From Ginglymostoma cirratum (Eukaryota), in the NCBI GenBank assembly GCA_024137785.1, contig JAHRHZ010000271.1:18983986-19047985 (forward strand): DNA of 64,000 bases. The letters are read 5' to 3'. The notes beneath the pieces were generated by a model. It was given only the letters and a program-made list of their open reading frames with translations. It ran no database searches and was not told where the DNA came from. Below are positions 12,582-23,143 of this stretch, piece by piece (the first letter of the stretch is position 1; the number at the start of each line of letters is the position of its first letter). A program made the position numbers and the translations under genes.

Positions 12582-12674
12582 ATGACAGAACAAAGGAAAC
12601 GCAGACAGAGAATGGGATTTGTGGATGTGCAGAGCAACATATCAAACACAAACCATCAGATGGCAAAAGCGTGA
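12582..12674 (+). CDS. ITPR3: ITPR3 final coding exon
   Basis: tatag|ATG ACA GAA...GCG TGA; MTEQRKRRQRMGFVDVQSNISNTNHQMAKA*; RKRRQRxGFVDVQ is the type 3 signature. Confidence 0.95.
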   Translation: MTEQRKRRQRMGFVDVQSNISNTNHQMAKA

Positions 12675-14130
12675 AAGTCTCCAGTGCACTACAGCTTAAT
12701 GTTCATGTCACTGCCTAATAATGCTGTTGTGTATTGACATCTTTCTTCACAACAAAATGCAAATTAGATTGAAACAAGACATATTAGTATTTTCTCTGGG
12801 ACTGTGGAAGAGATCTTAAAGCAAGGAAACTATACTTACAAACTGCATGAGAATTAAACGATTTGTAAATTAAAAGAGTGTAGTTCTTGAGAAGGGGAAT
12901 GGGGTTTTATATTATGGTTCTGGTGATGATGTCACCGTGCAATATTTTAAAAATGTGATTGTTGCTATTTTCTTACTGCAGGTTATATATATATTGAAAT
13001 TATGATGTACAAAGTCATTCATTTCTGTGTTTTACGTTTTGGTAAAATTGGAAAACTTGAAGAAATCCATTGATTACTTGCTTCAGGCAGGGAAACGTTA
13101 TCACTTTATGAATCTTCCATTTCTAACCTCCTCTGTTGGTTGTTATAACAGAGTTTGAATCAAAGTTATTAAACTACAGCATCTACACACAGGTTTAATG
13201 CTGGAATAGGAGACTGAACAGAATCACCTCATAACTTAATCAGCATGAACAATTCATCACAGAATTCAACTTGTATTCAATCTCTGTAGTCACACAAATA
13301 AATACTTGGACACATGCAGAGCCAGTGTCAACATTTGCTTTACTCACAAAAAAAGTGTACTGGCTACAACACTACCATGAAAACTAATTCTCAGAATGTG
13401 GAATCTATAAGAAATCAGTGTCCATTTGGCAAATGACAGACGGTTGGATCCTAATAAACTTCTTTTTAAAGTTTTAATCTTTGTCATGGTGTGATTTTTT
13501 TTAAATGCCAATTTTACGCTGTAGCCAATAACTCTGAAATATCTCAAAATATCTTCACATGTCCAAATATTCTGTCTTTCACATAAAGTCTGTGATTAGC
13601 CAACTGCTATTTATACAACACAAAATATATTGGCATTTTCAATTACCTGGTTCTTTTTGTGTTAAACCTATCCCATGGATAAAGTAATAAACTCAATCAA
13701 ACAGCAATTAAGGCAGTGGTTTAAAATGGTTTGATATTCATAGGTTAAAAGTTCTAACACCTTGAAAATGTACTCAAAAGGAAACATAAGATTTCTTGTA
13801 TGCTTGAAACAAGCCCATTCTATTCTGAGTAGGTTATACAAGATAGGTTGCATCAATGGATTACTGGTATTCTGAGACTTAATGAATTGGTGAACATGGA
13901 GTAAATTCATCTACGTGCCTACTGATTCGCCCAATGCCTTCTATGACTATTGGGCTTTGCAGGCTTCTGTCCACTTCATCAACAAGTGATGGTTTCTACT
14001 GAACAGTTGCGATAAGTTGGGAATTAAACAGGGCAACATTTAATTGAATAAATATTTATATTTTATTTTAAGTAATGTATTGCTTCCAGCTAGTAATTCC
14101 TTCCAATAAAAGATATATTTTTAACTTTAG
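12675..14130 (+). other. ITPR3: Probable ITPR3 3' UTR with candidate polyadenylation signals
   Basis: AT-rich sequence without recognisable repeats after the stop; AATAAA at 13297, 14047, 14105 (and 14181). True end is inferred. Confidence 0.55.
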
Positions 14131-15322
14131 CTTTGGGACATCTCTTTGGTGGAAGGAATTAATCACCAAGACATAATTCAAATAAATAATGACTGAGCAA
14201 TACAAAAATTTTGACAGTTAAGCAACAGATTCCACAAAACATACAGCAGTCTAAAGAGGTCTTTGTGCTCTGTTCAATATTACTGCTATAATCAGCTAGT
14301 CAAAATATTCTCTATTCTTGCAAATCTAACTGAATGGCAGCAAACTAAGAGGTCAAACTTGCATGACTAACTGTTCCCTCCCCACCTGCACAGATTGCAA
14401 ATTTGATCAGTTTGTATTCAAGCAGTATAAGGCCAATTATGCCTATGTTTTTGAGAACTGGAATATAAAACAAACATTTTCTTCAGGTATATGAATGTAC
14501 AAATTTTGAGTATTGTATAACAATCTGGCTACCAAACATCAGAAAGCATGTACTGACTTTGAAAGGATTGTAATGCATCAGGGCTCTACATCTGAATTTA
14601 GAAGTAATTTTAAGGATATAAACTTGTATTTCCTGACTGAATCTTTTAAAGAGCTTGGTCGCCCTGGGTGAAGGCTACTTAATTAACAGAAAGACTAAAT
14701 TTCCACAAGAAAAAGATAATTATGTGGAAATGTTTCACAGACAACTCACTTTGTTCCAAGACAATATGATCAATGTTGGAAAAATCTACTTCTTCACAAT
14801 GGTCAGCATATTTGTCAGTTGGTCACTTAGGTAGGACAGTTAGATTCTACAGCAAATGTTTCATTAATCAACCACTGCACACTTTTTCAGTTAAAACACT
14901 GTGTTTACGAAGCCTATGTTTTAAAGATTGAAAACATGATGTACACTTGCTAAATACAAAAAGTAACTAGGGATGGACAGTAAAAATATGGCTTCCCTAG
15001 TATAGCTGATATCGCAAACTCAAAAATATTGGAATATAGTGATATGAATACACTATTAGACTTAACACTTAGAGTAATATACAATGCATCCATGGAGTTA
15101 TTTCTTGCTAGTTGTTTAAAGGACTATTCAATTTGTCATTGTTGGACTTACAAGTACAATGGTATTTAATTTATATGGGGCTGAATAACTATAATCCAAT
15201 ATAAACTCAGGATGGGCAGGTGAAAAGTACAGTGGGGGGGGGAGGAGGAAGTTGGAAGGAGAGTATTGAGGAAGGAAGTGTTTGCCCTAAGAAAATGAGC
15301 TAACTAAAGCTTGTGTGAGCAT

Positions 15323-16491
15323 TGTAATGGCAGCCAAAATTCACTGTGGTTACAGTAAAGACCACATCTTTTGATTTTATTTTGTTTGTGGACTAAAGCG
15401 GGAAAAGAACTGTTTTAAAAGGAATCACTGAGGAAGGAATTGCTACACTTCTGAAAACATGCTACTAGAACTCATGGAGAGTTGTTTATACTGCTGCTTT
15501 GCAAGTGGTGGGAGGAAGGTATGACCACACGGTGTGGGACAGTGAATGCAGTGAAATTCAGCTGGTAACAGAGTGCTGGTTTGTGCAAATAATGCCAGAT
15601 GTCATCAGCCTGACAACTCTCCCATTGGTTCCTGGGCACCCGAACAACTTCTGTTTGGGAATGATAGGGGGTTGGGAGGGGGGTGCGTTGCAGAAGGTTT
15701 TCAGACATTAAATTTCTCTAAATTTCTGCAGCAAAATAATACAAGCCTGAAGATAGTTATATGCTTCCACTGCTTGCTGTCAGCTATTGCACCAAACCAA
15801 TGATTATTAAACTGAACAATTAATGTGAAAATCTGGACTCTTCAGCAAATCTGGAAGAACTTTGGAGAACAGAATGTCTTGAAGCAGAAGGAATACCTTA
15901 TTGAAGGGATAGTATGAACTGCGGATGCTGGAGAATCTGAGATAACAAGGTGTAGAGTTGGATGAACACAGCAGGCCAAGCAGCATCAGAGGAGCAGGAA
16001 AGCTGATGTTTCAGGTCTAGATCCTTCAAGCCTTGAAGGGTCTAGACCAGAAACGTCAAGCTTTCCTGCTCCTCTGATGCTGCCTGGTCTGCTGTGTTCA
16101 TCCAGCTCTACACCTTGTTACCTTATTGAAGACTTTAGTCTGGTGCAATTGAGTTGTGCTTCCTTTGTTTTTACTCCCTCCACCCATAAACAACTAAAAC
16201 ATTGCTGTTATCAGTCAATGTGAGAGAAGGGGTTTTAATAGGGTATTGGAGTTTCAAATAATAGTTATGCATTGCTAGTTCGTAGTTGTTTACATGTGGT
16301 TAAATCTATTTATTTGTAATAGCTGTTCTTGTTCAGTACAGAAACTTGATTAGTGTTTTATGTTAAACTGAATTTATCAGATGGCTAAATTGGGGATTTT
16401 GTGTACTCTGTTTAAATCTTTTAACTTCCTTGACGAGCCCAGGGTTAGTGGGGTTCAAACACCAGTGTAGCTTACCAAGTTGGTGGCAACA
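15323..16491 (+). mobile_element. Possible solo LTR
   Basis: TGTAAT...GCAACA termini; no clean TSD; hosts the fold-back insertion at 15907-16120. Confidence 0.3.
15907..16120. mobile_element. PLE-derived fold-back insertion with 13-bp TSD
   Basis: Inverted arms ~15943-16030 and 16032-16120; TACCTTATTGAAG at 15894-15906 and 16119-16131. Confidence 0.9.
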
Positions 16492-17129
16492 ATATATCCA
16501 TTGCACATGGGAAGATAAATATATGTCAGAAACTGTGCTAAATTTAACATATTCAAGGATGGTTTATTTGGCGCTGAACCTGTCATACAGTTAGAGAAAA
16601 GAATGCTGAATTCTTATTTTTAGAATACAAGTTAACTATCATACTATGACAATACAGTGATCCAGTAAGGCCTCTTCTAATGTTTTGGCTATAAAGGAAA
16701 AATTCAAATCTCAGAAGAGCCACAAAGCTGGCAATGACTGTATGATGACAACAAATAGGGAAGTTTTGGCTCTACTACCTTGAAAGCTGGTGATTCAGAA
16801 ACAAATAAATAGGCACAAAGGTAGTTAACAATGCATAAAAGGATCGATCTTGAACAGTATGTTGTGTACACACATGGGTTTAAACTGGAAAAAGCATGTC
16901 CCAAGGCATAAATAAGACATGCTGAATTTTCCTTTATATCAGCTAGAATGTCTGAATGACATTTGCACATTTCTCAGTCTTGAAAAATTAACCTACACTA
17001 TTTCAAATAGTTGTAACTCATTGGCTGTACATTTTCTTTTTTATTTGAGGGAGTGTGGTGGGGAGGAGAACCAGGAAGGGGCAAGAGAAAGAGGATGAGA
17101 TGTAGAAATTGTTTCTATATTGTATAAAT

Positions 17130-20100
17130 TTGAGGGGCACAGACAGATGTTTCTGTAGCTATTATAGAGACTTCAGGATGGTGTGTTGACTCCCTGATGC
17201 CAATGTCGAGCATGTCTCTCAGCAGTTGCATGAAATTCTTAAGAGGAAGGATAAGCAGCCAGCGGTCAGAGTACACATTGGTACCAACGAAATAGGTGGG
17301 AAAAAGGATGAGGTCCTGAAGATTATAAGGAGTTAGGCAGAAGGCTAAAATGCAGGAATCTCAAGGGTGGTAATTTCTGGACTACTAGGAGGTTTTGGTG
17401 GATGAATGTATGGCTTGAGAGCTGGTGCAGGGGGTGGGGATTCAGATTCTTGGATCATTGGGATCTCTTGGGTAAAGGGGACCTGCACAACAAGAATAGG
17501 TCGCACCTGAACTGGAGGGAGAGCAATATCCTGGTGGGGAGTTTGCTCGAGCTACTCAAGGGAGGTGGTGGGGGGTGGAATTTGGGATTCAAACAGCAGG
17601 GAGATGAAACAGAAGATTAATAACAGTGCAGAAGTTAATGAGAGCAAGTAGTAAATGCAGTGTTGGTAATCCGAGTAGGGGCAGACAGCAGGAAGCAAGG
17701 GAAGTGTGAGTTAAACTGCATTTATTTCAATGCAAGAGGCCTGATAAGTAAGGCAAATAAACTCAGGGCATGATGGGTACATGGGATTGGGAAATTAAAG
17801 ATATTCCAGAAACATGGCTGAGGGAGGGACAAGACTGGCAGCTCATTGTTCCAGGATACAGATGCCATAGGAAGGATAGAAGGATAGAAGAGGTGGGAGG
17901 ACAGGAGGGGGAGTTGTATTTTGATTGAGAACATCAGGGCTGTACTGAGAAGGGATATTCTCGAGGGTTCGTCCACTGGTTCAATATGGGTAGAACTGAA
18001 AACAAAAAAGGGGAGATCACTTCAATAGAATAGTATTATAGGCCCCCCAATAGTTAGCAGAAGATTGAGGAGCAAATATGTAAGGAGATCACAGGTAGCT
18101 GCAAGAATAATAAGGTTGTAACAGTGGGGGATTTTAACCTTCCTAACGTTGATTGGGACTGCCTTAGTGTTAAGGGCTTGGATGGAATGAATTTGTTAAG
18201 TGTGTTCAGGAAGCATTTCTCATGCAGTATGTAGATGGCCCTACTAAAGAGGCAAAACTTTACCTCTTCTTGGGAAATAAGGTAGAGCAAGTGACGGAGG
18301 TGTTAGTGGGAGAGCACTTTGGTATCAGTGAGTACAATTCCATTAGTTTTAAAATAGCTATGGAAAAGGATAGGTCCAGTCCACAAGTTAAAAAAGTTCT
18401 CAATTGGGGCAAGGCCAATTTTGGTGGACAGGAACTTTCATAAGTTAACTGGGGGAGGCTGTTTGCAGGCAAAGGAACATCTGGTAAGTGGGAGGCTTTC
18501 CAAAGTGAGTTAATGAGGGTTCAGGGCACATTCATATTAGACTGAAGAGTAAGGCTGGCAGGAGTAGGCGACCCTGGATAACTTGAGTTATTGAGGCCTT
18601 GGTCAAGAAAAAGGATTCATACAATCTATATAGACAGCTGGGATCAAGTCAATTCCTTTAGGAGTATAGAGGGTGTCGGAGTTCACTTGAGAGTGAAATC
18701 AGGACACCTAAAAGGGGGAACAAGATGTCATCAGCATATAAGGTAAATAAGAATCCAAAGAGATTCTACAAGTACATGAAGGTCAAAATAATATCTAGGG
18801 AGAGAATAGGACTTCTTAATGATCAACAGGATCATCTATGTGCAGAGCAACAAGAGATGGATGAGATCCTAAATGAATATTTCTCGTCAGTATCCAACAT
18901 CAAGAAAAGTATGGATGCTAGGGAACTTGGGGAAATAAATAGTGATGTCTTGAAGGGAATCCACAAAACAGAAGACGTTGTGCTGAAAGTCTTAAAATAC
19001 GTTCAGGTAGATAAATTCCTGGGACCTGATGTGGCACGTTTCAGGACTTTGTGGCAGGCGAGGGAGGAAATTGCAGGGTTCCTAGTGGAGATATTTACAT
19101 CACTGACAGCCCCTGGGTTAAGTGCTGGAAGATTGGATGGTCACCAATGTTGTACCATTATTTAAGAAAGGCTGCAGGAAAATGCCTGGGAACTACAGAC
19201 TGGTGAGCCTAATTTCTGTGGTGGGTAAGTTGTTAGAGGTGATTCTGAGACACAGGATCTACAGACATTTGGAGAGGCAAGGACTCATTTTGGATAGCCG
19301 GATTGGCTTTATGCATGGGAAATCATTCTCACAAATTTGATTAAGTTTTCTGAAGAGGTGACCAAGAAAGTAGATGAGGGCATTGTCCACAAGAACTTTA
19401 GCCAGGCCTTTGACAAGTTATCGCTTGGTAGGTTAAGTCTCACACGATCCAGTTGGATACAAAACTGACTTGAAGGTGGAAGACTGAGGGTGGAGGTACA
19501 GGGTTGTTTTTCAAACTGGAGGCCTGTAACCAGTAGCGTGCCACAGGGATCAGTGCTGGCTCCAATGTTATTTGTCATTTATATAAATAACTTGGATAAG
19601 AATTTAGGAGGTATGGTAAAGTTAATTTGCGGTTGACACCAAAATTGGTGGTATTGAGGACAGTGAAGAAGGTTATTTGGGAAGACAGTGAGATCTTGAT
19701 CAACTGGGTCAGTGTGTGTGGGAATGGCAGATGGAGTTTAATTTAGATAAATGTGAGGTGTTGCATTTTGCTCGGTCAATCCAGGGCAGGATTTACAGTC
19801 AACAGTAGGGCCATGGCGAGTATTATCGAACAGGGAGATCTGGAGGTACAGGTATATGGCTCCTTGACAGTGACAACGCAGGTAGACAGGGTGGCGAAGG
19901 CAGCCTTCGGCATACGTGGGAGTTGGGACATCATGTTGCAACTGTACAAGACATTGGTAAGGTGACATTTGGAGTCCTGCGAGCAGTTCTGGTCACCCTA
20001 CTATAGAAAGGATATTAGTAAATTAGAAAGAGTGCAGAAAAGATTTACTAGGATGCTACCTGGACTGGAAGGTTCGAGTTATAAGGAGAGTGTGGACAGG

Positions 20101-20715
20101 CTGGGACCTTTCTCCCCTGAAGCATAGGAGACTGAGGGGTGACCTTCTGGAGATCTATAAAATGATGAGAGGCATGGACAAGATAGATAGCCAACAGCTC
20201 TTCCCATGGTAGGGGAGTCTAATACTAGAGAGCATAGGTTTAAAATGACAAGGAGAAACACAAGGGTCCATTTCTGATGAAGGGTCTAAGCCCGAAACAT
20301 CGAGCTTTCCTGCTCCTATGATGCTGCTTGGCCTGCTGTGCTCATCCAGCTCCACACCCTGTTATCTCGGAGCATTTCTGATGAAGGGTCTAGGCCCGAA
20401 ACGTCAAGCTTTCCTGCTCCTATGATGCTGCTTGGCCTGCTGTGTTCATCCAGCTCCACACCTTGTTATCCCGAAGGGAACTCTTTTTCACACAAAAGGT
20501 GGTGACTGGAATAGATTGTTAGAGGCAGTGATGGAGCAGAGTACAATTTTGTCATTTAAGAAACATTTGGAAGGCACATCGATGGAATAGGTATGAAGGG
20601 ATATGGACAAAAAGCAGGCAAATGGGACTAGTTTAATTGTGAAAACTAGATGGCAGAGCCAAGTTGGGCCAAAGGGTTTGTTTCCATGTTGCAAACCTCT
20701 ATGGCTCTATGTATG
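17130..20715 (+). mobile_element. CR1 (HER1-like) LINE, long decayed copy: ORF1 esterase, APE endonuclease, RT
   Basis: GWGFRFLDHWDL...HLNWRESNIL (ORF1 SGNH-like), GDFNLP, NPKRFYKY, EDWMVTNVVPLFKKG...PGNYRLVSL, VPQGSVL; many stops. Confidence 0.92.
20269..20470 (+). ncRNA. Head-to-tail dimer of a 104-bp PLE-terminus unit, each unit with a minimal hammerhead core
   Basis: CTGATGAAGGGTCTAAGCCCGAAACATC (20274-20301) and CTGATGAAGGGTCTAGGCCCGAAACGTC (20378-20405); inserted in the CR1 3' region. Confidence 0.8.
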
Positions 20716-21024
20716 ATAGACAGGAGATTTTAAATTAAAATGTCAGCCCCAATACGGGAGTTACTACTGATTTTGTAACACTAGGGAATGTATGAATGAA
20801 AAAAAAATCAGACAGAGAGCCATTATGCAAGTCCCCATTATCCAGCTACTGGGACTTTGTGTAAGAAACATCTTTAAATGTATCATGCATTCAAATAAAG
20901 AAGAGCATTGATTATATATGTTAGACAACTGACCTATCCACAGTAGTTTACTTGACAGCTTTCTGTCACAATGGTTTGTGCCATAGTGGATACCCTTATC
21001 AAATATCACCTGGTGTTGGTCAGG

Positions 21025-21066
21025 ACCCCTCTTGGCATGGTCATCACCCCTCTTGGCATGGTCATC
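21025..21066. repeat. Perfect 21-bp tandem duplication
   Basis: ACCCCTCTTGGCATGGTCATC twice. Confidence 0.95.
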
Positions 21067-21224
21067 TCTGCTGCACTTGTTGCAAGTGAAGACGGAGGGT
21101 TGGAGTAGGAAGTGTGTAGGATTCACAGTCTTGTTTCCCCAGGGCTTTTTTTTTTAAGCCAGCTGAGATTTTCATTTCTGCTGGCTGCCGCCCTTCCAAA
21201 TTTTTCATTTCGCTGGTGGTCCCT

Positions 21225-22260
21225 CAGAGATGAGGGTGACTCCCTTTGACTCTCTGGGTGACTCCGTAGGTGGCTGTACAGACTGATGAGGTTACTGCAG
21301 GCTCTGTTACACTTGGGGCACAGGGTGTTTGAAGGAAGGAGTAGGTGGGGCATTGGTGTCGCACAGCATTCCTTTCACAGTTTGTGTCTGGCTTCCACTT
21401 TTTCCCTGATGGCAAGTCTCAAGGTGCTCGATGCCTTCCTGGAAGCTCCTCCTCCACTTTGGATGGTCTTGGGCCAGTGATTCCCAGGTGTCTGTAGGAA
21501 TGTCACACCTTGCTACTGAGACCTTGAGGGTGTCAATGATGCACTTCTTCTGTTCACCTGGGGCTTGCCTGTCGTTTTGAAGCTGGGAGAAGAGCATCTG
21601 CTTGGGGAGTCTTGTGGTGGCCATGCCTCAATGATGGGGATGTTGGCCTGGTCAAGGACACTGGTGTTGGTGCTATTTCTTCTCAGTGGATTTGCAGGGT
21701 CTTGTGCAGAAAGCATTGGTGGTGTACTGCTTCAGCACCTTGAGGTGTCTGCTGTAGATAGGCCACATCTCAGAGCCATTTAGGAGGACGGGAACCACCA
21801 CAGTTCTGTTAAACATGATCTTGGTGTCAGGTCTGATATTGCTGTCCTTGAACACCCCTTTCCTCAGGCAGCCAAAGGCTGCACTAGCACACTGGAGGCG
21901 GTGCTGGATTTCTTTATCAATTGCTTTGGCTGACAGGGTATTTGAGGTATTGGAAGTGGTCAATACTCTCTAAGGCCTCCCTGTGGAGTTTGATCAGGGT
22001 TCACTCCACAATTTCAGGCCATGTTGGTTGAGGACCTTTGTGTTGCAGATATTCAGGGTGAGACCCATACTCTCATATTCCTCTGTAAAAGGTGAAGATG
22101 GCTTAGAGTATATCCTCTGAGACTGCATATATGCAGCATCATTCGCAAACTGCAGCTTAAGGACACTGGCTGGGATGACTCTGGTGTTGGCTTGAAGGCG
22201 GGGAGGCTAATAAACTCCCCCATGGAACTCAAAGACCCAGGGAAAATGGTCTCATACAAC
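21225..22260 (-). mobile_element. RTE-clade LINE 3' fragment
   Basis: IDKEIQHRLQCASAAFGCLRKGVF...VLLNGSEMW, RLPKQMLFSQL...IIDTLK, and a C2H2 end CPKCNRACSNLISLYSHLRSH. Confidence 0.85.
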
Positions 22261-22911
22261 CAACTCCTCCCTACAAACTAAGTGTTCCTCGGTGAAACAG
22301 AGTAATGGGATCCCAACAGCCTCTGGTCTCCCCTTAAGACTGCTATCATCCCTTCCAAAGTCAGGGTCAAGCAGTCGCAACCATTACCCAGTAAACCACT
22401 TGTGTAAAGTACCTTGATCCTACAGCAGCATTAGTTATGTTTTCAAAAAAAAAAAAAAATGCCTACATGTCATTGCTAGATGAAGCTTAAGTTACAATTA
22501 CTTACTTTACACGCTTTAAACACAAAGCAGTTTTGGAAACAAGGAATATAAATCTTGTCAGCACTGAATACCAAGCTTTGATGTTGAACATTCCCAAGAA
22601 TTTGTTTAGCCAAGTTGGACAAACAGCAGAATTTTGGTGCAGGGTTATGAAAGGTTAAAATGATTTGATCAGCAATTTTCTTAGGTGCACATTTATTAAA
22701 ATTTTGAAGTCAGAAATTGCTCCTTTCTCTATGAAGTACATTATCATAAAGATTATTCTATGCTTTGCGGACTTTTTCAATTAATCTATTACTTGGGAAA
22801 ATTGGATATGGCAACATTTTTAAACTTCATAAATCAATTGGGATTCAGAATTAGATTTTAGAAAATGTGCCAAGTATAATTCAGTCACCGAAACGTATTT
22901 TTTAACAAGTC

Positions 22912-22987
22912 TTTATTTATGTAACATTTTATTTCCACAAACATCTACACAATGATCAAACGTCTACCTAGAAACTAGATCTTTATT
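22912..22987 (-). terminator. UQCC2: UQCC2 candidate polyadenylation signals
   Basis: TTTATT (AATAAA on minus) at 22912, 22928 and 22982, about 55-130 nt past the stop codon. Confidence 0.65.
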
Positions 22988-23042
22988 ATACAGAAATTGC
23001 AGTAAATAAAATGAAGCAGTAATCCTAACAAGGTAAAAACTG

Positions 23043-23143
23043 TTAGGCATATTCTTTGGTGGCATCTTCTGGCTTGCGTGTGAACTTCTCTCGTATCTTT
23101 TTCCACATACCTTTCTTCATTTCTTCCAACTGTTTCATGTTAT
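23043..23143 (-). CDS. UQCC2: Ubiquinol-cytochrome c reductase complex assembly factor 2, exon 4 (last)
   Basis: ttgtag|AT AAC...GCC TAA; (D)NMKQLEEMKKGMWKKIREKFTRKPEDATKEYA*; matches the recalled human KGMWKKLQEKF. Confidence 0.93.

Noticed and set aside
20269-20470. CRISPR-like repeat array
   Set aside because: Only two ~104-bp units with no unique spacers, in a vertebrate context.
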